Source: Candidatus Poribacteria bacterium | Lineage (GTDB): Bacteria > Poribacteria > WGA-4E > GCA-2687025 | Direction: 5' to 3' | Assembly: GCA_963665845.2 (NCBI GenBank) | Contig: OY762492.1 | Span: 1,952,001 to 2,016,000, forward strand | Length of the DNA stretch: 64,000 nt | In this document: piece after piece, positions 29,125 to 38,360 of the stretch | Numbering within the stretch: position 1 is the first letter of the stretch | How the letters are laid out: each line of letters opens with the position of its first letter | Position numbers and translations under genes: made by a program | The notes under the pieces: model-generated | Databases searched by the model: none | Told to the model about the DNA's origin: nothing | The model's input: only the letters and a program-made list of their open reading frames with translations

Positions 29125-29631
29125 TCAACTTTCAAGAGTGAGTGCTTTTGTCAGCGCATCGAATGCTTTGGCGCATTCGCGCAGCGCAGCGATTAGTTGG
29201 TGAATGTCATCCGCATTTTTGATTTCATCGAATGCTATATTTACATCGAGAATTTCGCTTTTTAACGAAATTTGCAGGTTGAACTTTGTTTCCGACTGGA
29301 TTTGATCAACATGTTGCGTCACAAATTTTGACGCTTTCGCTTCAATGATAGTGTCTCGTTCGAGTGCAGTGATTGTATTGAAGATTTTTTGATGTAGGAG
29401 ATGTTTAGAAATCTTGGTACTGGGTAGAACTTTTTCTGGATTCCAAACAACCTCCCCAAATTTAGAGGAGATTTCGTTTGCGAATTCTTTGGGTAGAAAA
29501 TCACGAATCTTTGTCATTGCCTTGTTGTAGGAGGTTTTTAGACTCGCTAGTTCTTCATCCACTTGAGATTCGAGCCGTCTTTTTTCTCCCAACTTCCTGA
29601 GCAGGTTTTGCTGATGCTCTTTTTTAGACAT
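29125..29631 (-). CDS. Hypothetical helical protein (AT-rich)
   Basis: ORF with GGAGGG RBS before MSKKEH; composition atypical for the window. Confidence 0.6.
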   Translation of the reverse strand: MSKKEHQQNLLRKLGEKRRLESQVDEELASLKTSYNKAMTKIRDFLPKEFANEISSKFGEVVWNPEKVLPSTKISKHLLHQKIFNTITALERDTIIEAKASKFVTQHVDQIQSETKFNLQISLKSEILDVNIAFDEIKNADDIHQLIAALRECAKAFDALTKALTLES

Positions 29632-29732
29632 TCTGTGTCCCTCCGTTGTTGTGGCTGGCGTAATTACCAATCTGCCAAAAATTTTGCCGCGTGGTTTTCG
29701 GGAAGTCAAATTTTTCTGGGTTTATTTAGCGG

Positions 29733-31151
29733 CTATCCGTTCGGCGGCCCCTGGTTGCTGCGAGCGATGATCTCTTGCCGACGCTTGATCCAGCCCTTGT
29801 CGGTCAACAGCTTGATCAGCTCCTCATGCGACTTCGTACCTTTATGCGCGTTGCATGATCCGCAAAGCAGCTGCAGATTGCTGATATGGTCGTTGCCGCC
29901 ATTCGCGCGCGGGATGATATGATCCACCTGAAAATGCCGCGGCTCAAAATGCGTCCCGCAAGCGGTGCAGTAACCGCCCTGCTGTCCATAAAGATAACGG
30001 CGGTTCTCGGCACAATTGTATTTTGGGATTTTGCCCAAGTCGGTTCGTTTGGGAATGTCGGTTCGATGCGCGCCTTGATACGCCAACCCAAGCTCTTCTC
30101 GCAGGCGCGACTGAACAAGATCCGCCGCCTTCTCCGAGATGTCGATACCGACCCAATTCCGCTGGAGCTGTTCAGCCGCAATGCATGTCGTCGCGCAGCC
30201 GCAGAACGGATCCAAAACCATATCGCCCTCATTTGAGGACCCCTTGATGATGCGGTGAAGAAGCGCCAGCGGCTTTTGCGTCGGATAGCCGGTGCGCTCG
30301 GCGGTACCGGAAGACAGCGGCGCGACATCGTCCCAGATGTCATTCACCGGGACGCCTTTTTTGTCCGCCAGATAATTCTTATAGCGGTGACTTTTTGCGT
30401 TCGGGCGTCTTACCAGGCGTCCGTCAGCTTCCAGCTCAGCTATCCGCTCTGGCGTCGCTGCTGCCAGCTCCGACAGCGTGTAGGGTCCGCGTCCATCGCC
30501 GTCATCGTGTTTGTAGTTTCGGCGGACGTATTCAGGATCGTAGGGTCGGTACTGCATGACAAAGCTTGAGGGATCCCCGTATGCTAGCACCGTATCGTGA
30601 TCAGTCGGATACCGCCTGGACCTGGCTTTACTACTCGCCGTGCTGGTGACCCGCTTCCATACGATCTCGTTCTGAAACGCTTTCGCCCCGAACACCGCAT
30701 CCATCAGCAGCCGTAGGTATGAGTTCGCTGTCGGGTCGCAATGGAGATAGATGGAGCCTTTCGGTTTCAGCAGCCTGCGCATTTCCATGACGCGGATCGA
30801 CATGTAAATCAGGTAACTCATCATGGAGGCGCCGTGTATCTCGCGCGTTGTCGTCAGGAGAGCGTAGAGACCAGGATAAGCATGCTTGATCTCGCCATGC
30901 CAGACCAGTTTGACATCGTCCAGCCCCCAGGTGTCTTTGAAGGCGGCGCCTGCCGCTTTGCTTCCGATGGGCGCGGCGTAATTCGCCTTGCTGTTGAACG
31001 GCGGGTCAAGGTAAATCAGGTCGACACTGTCGGAGTTCATGCCGCGCATGATGTCCAGGTTGTCGCCTGTCCAGATTGTTTGCGAGTTGAAGTTGGCGCT
31101 CGTTATTTTTCGTTCCTTTCTTTTGAAAATAGGGCGGATTGTACCGCCCAT
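29733..31151 (-). CDS. N6/N4 DNA methyltransferase fused to C-terminal HNH endonuclease
   Basis: DPPF; YPTQKP; LDPFCGC; CTAC...VDHIIPRANGG...NLQLLCGSCNAHKG; start codon uncertain. Confidence 0.9.
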   Translation of the reverse strand: MGGTIRPIFKRKERKITSANFNSQTIWTGDNLDIMRGMNSDSVDLIYLDPPFNSKANYAAPIGSKAAGAAFKDTWGLDDVKLVWHGEIKHAYPGLYALLTTTREIHGASMMSYLIYMSIRVMEMRRLLKPKGSIYLHCDPTANSYLRLLMDAVFGAKAFQNEIVWKRVTSTASSKARSRRYPTDHDTVLAYGDPSSFVMQYRPYDPEYVRRNYKHDDGDGRGPYTLSELAAATPERIAELEADGRLVRRPNAKSHRYKNYLADKKGVPVNDIWDDVAPLSSGTAERTGYPTQKPLALLHRIIKGSSNEGDMVLDPFCGCATTCIAAEQLQRNWVGIDISEKAADLVQSRLREELGLAYQGAHRTDIPKRTDLGKIPKYNCAENRRYLYGQQGGYCTACGTHFEPRHFQVDHIIPRANGGNDHISNLQLLCGSCNAHKGTKSHEELIKLLTDKGWIKRRQEIIARSNQGPPNG

Positions 31152-31191
31152 TCTCTTTTTGGACGGTGTGAGTCAGAGACGGCTGGCTGCT

Positions 31192-31692
31192 TTACACGCT
31201 GCCCGACATCTCTTTTTTCACCCAACCCTTGCACGTCGTAGTTCCTTCCCTAGAAAAAAGCTTTGACGGCATTACAAACTGGACGATCCCATAGGAGTCG
31301 TCGCACGTTTTTACTCCTTTGAACATGAACACGCACTCGTCATCTGCGTCCAGAATCGTCCTCGGCCTTTGTGTGTTCATACCGGCCGTCATTATGTCTT
31401 CGTGAACCTCATTCCCTGGCTCGTATTCGACCGTGAACAAGAGTGTCCTCTTCATGGATCCTTCGTCACGGATCGGCTCATCCTGACCGAATTCAGGATA
31501 CTCTGTTACAACCCAGGAGTTGCGACGCCAGAGCGCGCCAGGAAGGATCCTCGTCACTTCCAACAGCTCAGCCGCTGTTGGTTTGACGAGGTCGCTGTCG
31601 GCATTGCCCCGCTTCTTTGCGAGGAAAAGCGTTTTCCCCCGTTTCATTTCCGCTTTCGGTATTCTTCGTTTCATATACCGAACCCCTTCCAA
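31192..31692 (-). CDS. Hypothetical protein
   Basis: 166-aa ORF directly upstream of the MTase-HNH gene; no family recognised. Confidence 0.5.
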   Translation of the reverse strand: MEGVRYMKRRIPKAEMKRGKTLFLAKKRGNADSDLVKPTAAELLEVTRILPGALWRRNSWVVTEYPEFGQDEPIRDEGSMKRTLLFTVEYEPGNEVHEDIMTAGMNTQRPRTILDADDECVFMFKGVKTCDDSYGIVQFVMPSKLFSREGTTTCKGWVKKEMSGSV

Positions 31693-32000
31693 TGTTGTGG
31701 GGGCGGAGCCAATCTCCCCCTGTGTGTGCCGTTACCGGCGACCTGTTTTGATCACTCCCAAGACGCTACACCGAAACCTGCGGCGAGGCGGTGAAACAAA
31801 TCAACGTTCATGACTGCAATGGGACGATGCGGCTGGATCGTCAAGGTAAAATTGATCAGCCCGCATTTCTTACACATCTGCATCCCCCGTGCAGTAAGTA
31901 AAACAGACCCTGATATTTACAGGTTACATGAATTTTCGGAATTGTGCAAGCGGAGTCGTCTGCAAAAATATGTCCGACTCGATATGCCGAAGAGGGCCCT

Positions 32001-32423
32001 CTAACGCCTCCGCTGTGGAAACGAAAGCCACCATTCCGCCGCCGTCTCCCACCAACTTTCCGGCAGCCCGTCCGGCGGCGCGAGGCGCACATACAGCCCC
32101 GGCGCGATCTCTTCCGAGCCTTCCAGTATCGCCGCGATGGAACGAAAGCGGGTCGCCTCCTCCACCTCCAGCAGTCCGACAGGCTCCAAACGCACGCGCG
32201 ACAGCCGCCCCGTCGCGGGGTGCGTCTCCTCCTCGGCGACGCGGAACGCCATGAGGCGCGTTCCCTTCTCCGCCTTTTCGTCGGTACCGAGGTCGATCAG
32301 CGCATACCCCTCGGCGATCTCCAGCGTTTTGCCCGTGATGTAGTAGGGGCTTTCCATCGCGCGGCGCGACGCGCATCCCGCCAGCGCTAGACAGATCAAC
32401 GCCGCCGTCAGCGAAACGCGCAT
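32001..32423 (-). CDS. Lipoprotein, FlgT C-terminal-like domain
   Basis: Lipobox LALAGC; YALIDLG...HPATG pattern; TAATG overlap. Confidence 0.7.
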   Translation of the reverse strand: MRVSLTAALICLALAGCASRRAMESPYYITGKTLEIAEGYALIDLGTDEKAEKGTRLMAFRVAEEETHPATGRLSRVRLEPVGLLEVEEATRFRSIAAILEGSEEIAPGLYVRLAPPDGLPESWWETAAEWWLSFPQRRR

Positions 32424-32677
32424 TATTCGCGGTTCGCCCCGACCAGCGCAAACCGAATATGCGCCGACAACGCCGAGTTGACGGCGCGCAGATCGGCGCC
32501 CTCCGCGTCGGGATACATGACATGCGCCGCGACCGCCTTTTTGACCCACGATTCCAAACGCTGATCATACTGCACAAACTTTTCGGGATCCGCTGTGCAG
32601 GCGGGGCATTCTTCAGGCAGATCCTCCGCCGTCTCCACATCCTCAAACAGATAGCCGCACGCCGAGCATACAAACAT
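32423..32677 (-). CDS. Rubredoxin-like small protein
   Basis: CSACGY...CPAC...KF; AAGGAG RBS. Confidence 0.75.
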   Translation of the reverse strand: MFVCSACGYLFEDVETAEDLPEECPACTADPEKFVQYDQRLESWVKKAVAAHVMYPDAEGADLRAVNSALSAHIRFALVGANRE

Positions 32678-32848
32678 CGCGTTCTCCTTTTAATAGCCGT
32701 TCACGGGCGCATTTTACACGGCGCGGCTTCAACATGCAACCCGCCCCCTTTGACCCTGCCAGCTCTGACGGCTCCTGCGGCGCCTAAGATTCCCGTTTTC
32801 ACGGGAATGACGAGGAGAGGGCGCGGGAATGACGACCTGGAGGTCGGG

Positions 32849-33934
32849 CTATACAATCGACAGCATGCGGTTCAGCGCCGTCAACGCCCACTCCGCGATC
32901 TCCGGCTCCACCGTGATCTGGTTGACGACCCGCTCCTCCAGCAGATTGTCCAGCGCCCAGGACAGATGCGGCGGATCGATGCGGTTCATCGTCGTGCAGA
33001 GACACATGTTCGGGTCGACCGACACGATTGTTTTGTCGGGATGCTCCTTCGCCAGTCGGTTCACGAGGTGCAGCTCGGTTCCGACCGCCCATTTGGATCC
33101 AGGCTCCGCCTCCTCTATCGTTTTGACGATGTAGGCGGTGGAGCCGTAGAGGTCCGCCTCGCGCAGAACCTCATGGCGCACTTCGGGGTGGACGAGGATA
33201 TGGATGCCGTCAAACATCTCGCGCATGCGCTGAACCTGCTTCGCGGTGAACAGCTGATGGACGGGGCAGTTGCCTTTCCAGAGGACGATGCGGGAGCGTT
33301 CGATCTGCTCTGGCGCGTTGCCGCCGAGGGGCAGGCGCGGGTCCCAGACGATCATTTCGTCTAGGGGGATGCCCATCGCCCATCCGGTGTTGCGTCCGAG
33401 GTGTTCGTCGGGGAAGAAGAGCGCGCGCTCCGCCTTGTCAAACGCCCACTCGAGGACGGCGGCGGCGTTGGAGGAGGTGCAGACGGCTCCGTCGTTCTCG
33501 CCGACGAACGCTTTCAGGTTGGCGGCGGAGTTCATGTAGGTGATCGGGATCGTGCCGCCGGGGGCGATCTCCTCCAGCTCGTCCCAGCACTCTTCGACGG
33601 CGTCGATGTCCGCCATGTCCGCCATGTGGCAGCCGGCTTTCAGGTCGGGCAGCAGCACTTTTTGGTACGGCTGGCTCAGGATGTCGGCGCTTTCCGCCAT
33701 GAAATGAACGCCGCAGAAGACGATGTATTCGGCGTCCGCGCGTTCCGCCGCCAGCTGCGACAGCTTGAAGGAGTCGCCGCGGAAGTCGGCGAATTGGATG
33801 ATTTCATCCCGCTGGTAATGGTGTCCGAGGATGACAAGGCGTTCGCCCAGCTCGTTTTTGGCGGCGCGTATCCGCTCTTCCAGTTCTTCGCCGGTCAGCT
33901 GGTAATATTTTTCGGGTATCGGCAAAAAGTACAT
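32849..33934 (-). CDS. nadA: Quinolinate synthase
   Basis: GHHYQR; GDSFKL; FCGVHFMAE; GCHMAD; TYMNS; HPEV. Confidence 0.96.
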   Translation of the reverse strand: MYFLPIPEKYYQLTGEELEERIRAAKNELGERLVILGHHYQRDEIIQFADFRGDSFKLSQLAAERADAEYIVFCGVHFMAESADILSQPYQKVLLPDLKAGCHMADMADIDAVEECWDELEEIAPGGTIPITYMNSAANLKAFVGENDGAVCTSSNAAAVLEWAFDKAERALFFPDEHLGRNTGWAMGIPLDEMIVWDPRLPLGGNAPEQIERSRIVLWKGNCPVHQLFTAKQVQRMREMFDGIHILVHPEVRHEVLREADLYGSTAYIVKTIEEAEPGSKWAVGTELHLVNRLAKEHPDKTIVSVDPNMCLCTTMNRIDPPHLSWALDNLLEERVVNQITVEPEIAEWALTALNRMLSIV

Positions 33935-33982
33935 GATCGACCCTTCCTGTAAGTCGAAGTCGCCTTGAGGCTGAATTCCCGC

Positions 33983-34327
33983 TCAATCTGCGCTTTGTTG
34001 CGCGTTGTCTTGCTGTTCGTCGTTGAAGACGACGTAGATGTCTCCGTCCTGCACTTCGACCGGGTATGTTTTGATGTCGATGCCGGGCGGCCAGACTCCC
34101 GCTCCGTCGCACAGCCGAAATTCCCAGCCGTGCCATGGGCAGACCACCGTGCCTTCGTCGGTGATCCAGCCGGTCGCGAGCGAGCCGCCCATATGCGGGC
34201 ATGTGTCGTTGATGGCGACGGGCTGCCCGTCCCGCAGCACGACGGCGATGTAGTCGGCGCCGCGCTGGATGACTCGATTTTGCCCTTCTTTCAGTTCAGA
34301 CAGCGGGCAGACTTTCATGCGTTCCAC
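33983..34327 (-). CDS. Rieske [2Fe-2S] ferredoxin
   Basis: CPHMGG...CPWHGW. Confidence 0.9.
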   Translation of the reverse strand: MERMKVCPLSELKEGQNRVIQRGADYIAVVLRDGQPVAINDTCPHMGGSLATGWITDEGTVVCPWHGWEFRLCDGAGVWPPGIDIKTYPVEVQDGDIYVVFNDEQQDNAQQSAD

Positions 34328-34445
34328 AAAACTCTCCGTTAGGTCGGAATTGCATATTTTGACTATGGTAGCGGAAACAGGGCGGCAAGCGCAACTTTTT
34401 TATTTCGCCGTCAACCATTCCGTTCCCGCTTCCGCAAGGACATGC

Positions 34446-34588
34446 ATTCCCGCGCAAGCGGGAATCCAGAGTCCCGGCAGAAACCGTCCGCGCCCGGAAA
34501 TCGTCATTCCCGCGCAAGCGGGAATCTTAAGGCGTCGCGCGCGGCCGCCGCGCCCGCGCGGAAACCCCTAGCCCCCTTTTCAAGGGAG
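34446..34588. repeat. Two CGTC REPs plus CCCCCTTTTCAAGGG hairpin
   Basis: Direct motif matches. Confidence 0.8.
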
Positions 34589-34603
34589 AATCGGACGCGG
34601 AGC

Positions 34604-34632
34604 TTGCAACGCTCCCGCGCATACGTCATGAT
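34604..34632 (+). promoter_or_regulatory. Sigma70-like promoter of the Lon N-domain paralog
   Basis: TTGCAA-17 nt-CATGAT; homologous to the lon promoter. Confidence 0.6.
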
Positions 34633-34685
34633 AAAAATAAGCGCAGAACCGTTCACGCAAATTGCTAACCGAAGGCGGCGAAAAC

Positions 34686-35456
34686 ATGGAAACCGTTCAG
34701 GGCATGCCAGTTCTCGGCTTGATAAAGCATGTCATCCTGCCGCTCGGCGAGATTCCGAAGACGGGTTTGATAGCGGGTCGGGTACGGAGCGTTAAAACGG
34801 TCCAATGGGCGTTGCAAAACAACAACGGCAAAGCGCTGCTTCTGGCGCAAAAAAATGACGCCGTCCGCCCAGGCGGCGACGACTTTTACGATGTCGGCGT
34901 CGCCGCCGAGCTGACCGAGCCGATGGAGGTGAACGAGGAGATTCAGTTCATCCCGATCGCCAAGTCGCGCGCGGTCGTCGCGCGTCTGGACGACAGCGGC
35001 GGCATGCTCACCGCCGAGGCGCGCCTCGTCCAAGACGAGCCGATGCCGTCGTCCGAAAAAGGAGAAGCGGTACAGCTCTCCCTAAAACTGCTTGAAGCGT
35101 TTGAACAGTACTGCGGCAAAACAAGCAAAGAACTTAGCCCCGACGATCAGACCAGCCTCGCCAACGAGACGGAACCGGGGCGCCTCGCCGACCGCATCGC
35201 GTTTTACTGCTACAAGCCCAAGCCGAAAGAGTCGCGCCATCGCTATCTGACCTATCAGCAGCTGCAGCGCGTCCTGGAAACGCTGGATCCGCTCGAACGG
35301 CTCCAGACCGTGTATGATATGACGACAGAGCTGCTGGAGCGCCGCTCTATGGAGGAAAATCTTAGGACTATGCTCGTTCAAGTTTCCATACTTCAGGAGA
35401 CGTTGTCCCAACTTCAGAAGACGCTGCAGGATTCTCTTGAGACCTTAAAGCCTTAA
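34686..35456 (+). CDS. Stand-alone Lon N-terminal (substrate-binding) domain, paralog of the adjacent lon
   Basis: Highly similar to the Lon N-terminus (METVQG...DDQTSLANETEPGR...LTYQQLQRVL), then a unique coiled-coil tail; no Walker A or protease domain. Confidence 0.85.
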   Translation: METVQGMPVLGLIKHVILPLGEIPKTGLIAGRVRSVKTVQWALQNNNGKALLLAQKNDAVRPGGDDFYDVGVAAELTEPMEVNEEIQFIPIAKSRAVVARLDDSGGMLTAEARLVQDEPMPSSEKGEAVQLSLKLLEAFEQYCGKTSKELSPDDQTSLANETEPGRLADRIAFYCYKPKPKESRHRYLTYQQLQRVLETLDPLERLQTVYDMTTELLERRSMEENLRTMLVQVSILQETLSQLQKTLQDSLETLKP

Positions 35457-35515
35457 ATGAAACCGCCCGCCCGCTCAAACGTCTTTAAATTGAGGGGCGG
35501 ATACGATGGCGGTAC

Positions 35516-35544
35516 TTGCAATGCAGCCGCGCATGCGCCATAAT
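35516..35544 (+). promoter_or_regulatory. Sigma70-like promoter of lon
   Basis: TTGCAA-17 nt-CATAAT. Confidence 0.65.
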
Positions 35545-35600
35545 AAGAAGTGAGATACACAACCGATCACGCAAATTGCTAACCGAAGGCGGCGAAAAAC

Positions 35601-38126
35601 ATGGCAGCTGATCAAAGCGCCTCGACCCACTACCGATATATGGAAACCGTTCAGGGCATACCGGTTCTCGGCTTGAAGGAGTACGTCGTCCTGCCGCTGG
35701 GCGCGTTTCCCAATTCGGGCTTGAGAGCGGGTCGAAAACGAAGCGTCAACGCTGTCCGATGGGCTTTACAAAACAACAACGGCAAGGCGCTGCTTCTGGC
35801 GCAAAAAAACGCCTCCGCCCATCCCACCCCAGACGACTTTTACGATGTCGGCGTCGTCGCCGAGCTGACCGATCCGATGGAGGTGAACGAGGAGATTCAG
35901 TTCCGACCCATCGCCAAGTCGCGCGCGGTTGTCACGCGCCTGGACGACAGCGGCGACATACTCACCGCCGATGTGCGCGTCGTCCAAGACGCGCCGATAC
36001 CCGCCTCCGAAAAAAGAGAGGTGGAGCAGCTCTCCCAAAAACTGCTCAAAGCGTTCGAATACTACTACCAAAAAACGAACCGAGGACTCAGCTACGACGA
36101 TCAGACCAGCCTCGCCAACGAGACCGAACCGGGGCGCTTCGCCGACCGCATCGCGTTTTACTGCTACAAGCCGAAAGATTCGCGCAACCTCCACCTGACC
36201 TACCAGCAGCTGCAGCGCGTTCTGGACACGCTGGACCCGCGCGAACGGCTCCAGAAAGTGTATGAGATGACGATGGAGCTGCTAGACCTCGCCTCCATCG
36301 AGGAGAAGCTCTCGGCGCAGGTGAAGGAGCAAGTGGAAAAAACGCAGCGCGAATACTACCTCAGCGAAAAACTGAAGGCGATCCAAAAGGAGCTCGGACG
36401 CGACGGCAGCGACACCGAAGAACTGCGCGAACGCGTCGAAAAGGCGAACATGACCGAAGAGGCGGAAGAGAAAGCGCTCAAAGAGATCGACAGGCTTGAC
36501 ATGCTGCCGCCGATGTCGTCCGAGGCGGGCGTCGCGCGCAGTTATGTGGACTGGCTTCTGTCGCTTCCGTGGGACACGAAAAGCGACGCTTCGGTCGATA
36601 TCGGCGTCGCCGCCGATATGCTGGACGAAGACCATTACGGGTTGAAGAAGGTGAAGGAGCGCATCCTCGAGTACCTCGCCGTCATGAAACTGGCGGGCGA
36701 ATCGCGCGGTCCGATTCTCTGCTTCGCCGGTCCGCCCGGCGTCGGCAAGACCTCTCTGGGCAGGTCCATCGCGCGGGCGACAGGGCGCGAGTTTGTGCGC
36801 ATGTCTCTCGGCGGCGTGCGCGACGAGGCGGAAATTCGCGGACACCGCCGAACCTACATCGGCTCCATACCGGGGCGCATCATGCATGGCATCCGCGACG
36901 CGAAGACGAAAAATCCGTTCTTCCTGCTGGATGAGGTGGACAAGATGGGGCGCGACTTTAGAGGCGACCCCGCCGCGGCGCTCCTGGAGGTGCTGGACCC
37001 TGAGCAGAACAACACTTTCCGCGATCATTATCTGGATGTGGCGTTCGACCTGTCCGACGTCATGTTTTTGACGACGGCAAACGTCCTGCCGGCGATACCG
37101 CCGCCGCTGCAAGACCGCATGGAGATCATTGAGCTGCCTGGATATACGGAGTTTGAAAAAGGCAAGATTGCGCGCCATTTTCTGATCCCGAAACAGATCA
37201 AGCAGCACGGGTTGCAGAAAGCGAAGATACGCATCACGGACGGGGCGGTCAGCGCGGTCATTCAGTCCTACACGCGCGAGGCGGGCGTACGCGGGCTTGA
37301 GCGCGAAATGACGAAGATATGCCGAAAGATCGCCCGGCAAATCGTGGACGACTCGCCGAAAAAGAAAACCAAAGCGCGCAAGGACGAAGCGGATAAAGAG
37401 AACGGCAGCGAGAAAAAAGGCGTCTCCGTCACGGCGCGCAACATCGCCCAGTATCTCGGACCGCCCCAATACGCCGCGACAAAAGCGGAGAAGACCGACC
37501 AGATCGGCGTCGCGCAGGGGCTTGTCTATACGCAGGTCGGCGGCGATGTGATCTCCATTGAAACGACCATGGCGTCCGCGGACAAGGCGAAGTTGACCCT
37601 GACCGGACGGCTCGGCGAAGTGATGAGCGAGAGCGCCCAGACCGCCCTCAGCTGCATCCGCTCCAAGACGAAAGAGTACGACCTGGAGCCGTTCGACTTC
37701 AACCGCTTGGACATGCATATCCATGTGCCGGAGGGCGCCGTGCCGAAGGAGGGACCCTCCGCCGGCATCACGCTCGCCGCGGCGATGCTCTCCTCGTTGA
37801 CAGGGCGTCCGGTGCGCAAGGATGTGGCGATGACGGGCGAAATCACCCTGCGCGGCAATGTGCTGCCCATCGGCGGACTGAAAGAAAAACTGCTCGCGGC
37901 GCACCGCGTCGGCATCAAGGAGGCGCTGATACCGAAAGGCAATGTCAAAGACCTGGACGACATACCGGCGGACATCCGCCAGGATATGAAGATTCAACCG
38001 GTTGATCATATCGACCAGGTCATTGAGCGCGCGCTGCTGCCGAAGGCGACTGAAGAAAGCGGCGTGGAGGCGCCGGCGGCATTCCCGGCGGCGCCGCCGA
38101 ACCCGACGCCCCCTCCGCCGAATTGA
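35601..38126 (+). CDS. lon: ATP-dependent Lon protease
   Basis: GPPGVGKT; IRGHRRTY; LDEVDK; PKEGPSAG; IGGLKEK. Confidence 0.97.
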   Translation: MAADQSASTHYRYMETVQGIPVLGLKEYVVLPLGAFPNSGLRAGRKRSVNAVRWALQNNNGKALLLAQKNASAHPTPDDFYDVGVVAELTDPMEVNEEIQFRPIAKSRAVVTRLDDSGDILTADVRVVQDAPIPASEKREVEQLSQKLLKAFEYYYQKTNRGLSYDDQTSLANETEPGRFADRIAFYCYKPKDSRNLHLTYQQLQRVLDTLDPRERLQKVYEMTMELLDLASIEEKLSAQVKEQVEKTQREYYLSEKLKAIQKELGRDGSDTEELRERVEKANMTEEAEEKALKEIDRLDMLPPMSSEAGVARSYVDWLLSLPWDTKSDASVDIGVAADMLDEDHYGLKKVKERILEYLAVMKLAGESRGPILCFAGPPGVGKTSLGRSIARATGREFVRMSLGGVRDEAEIRGHRRTYIGSIPGRIMHGIRDAKTKNPFFLLDEVDKMGRDFRGDPAAALLEVLDPEQNNTFRDHYLDVAFDLSDVMFLTTANVLPAIPPPLQDRMEIIELPGYTEFEKGKIARHFLIPKQIKQHGLQKAKIRITDGAVSAVIQSYTREAGVRGLEREMTKICRKIARQIVDDSPKKKTKARKDEADKENGSEKKGVSVTARNIAQYLGPPQYAATKAEKTDQIGVAQGLVYTQVGGDVISIETTMASADKAKLTLTGRLGEVMSESAQTALSCIRSKTKEYDLEPFDFNRLDMHIHVPEGAVPKEGPSAGITLAAAMLSSLTGRPVRKDVAMTGEITLRGNVLPIGGLKEKLLAAHRVGIKEALIPKGNVKDLDDIPADIRQDMKIQPVDHIDQVIERALLPKATEESGVEAPAAFPAAPPNPTPPPPN

Positions 38127-38147
38127 TCGGCGGCGCCGCACTCAATG

Positions 38148-38355
38148 CTGACTCATGCAGAAAGTTGGGACATTTGAACTGATGATCGCTCTATTTATGG
38201 GGAAAAAGCGTCGCCAATCAGACCGTCATTCCCGCGTAAGCGGGAATCTTAGGCGCCGACCAGACCGTCATTCCCGCGTAAGCGGGAATCTTAGGCGCCA
38301 CAGGCGCTGTCCGCGTTCGCAACCAGAATTGTCCCAACTCTAAAGGTAAGTTCAG
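38148..38355. mobile_element. Complete MITE-like element with two internal REPs
   Basis: Imperfect inverted termini CTGACTCATGCAGAAAGTTGGGACA / TGTCCCAACTCTAAAGGTAAGTTCAG; 42-bp internal REP duplication. Confidence 0.7.
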
Positions 38356-38360
38356 TCTCG

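Noticed and set aside
28652-31990. Prophage or integrative element
   Set aside because: No integrase, structural genes, tRNA target or att repeats found
36282-38141. 619-aa antisense ORF (likewise 9948-11477 and 18511-19650)
   Set aside because: Antisense mirrors of lon, the sulfatase and the secreted paralogs caused by codon bias
38148-38355. Integron attC site (GTTGGGA / TCCCAAC inverted pair)
   Set aside because: Orientation is opposite to RYYYAAC...GTTRRRY, flanking genes are not cassette-like, and no integrase is present
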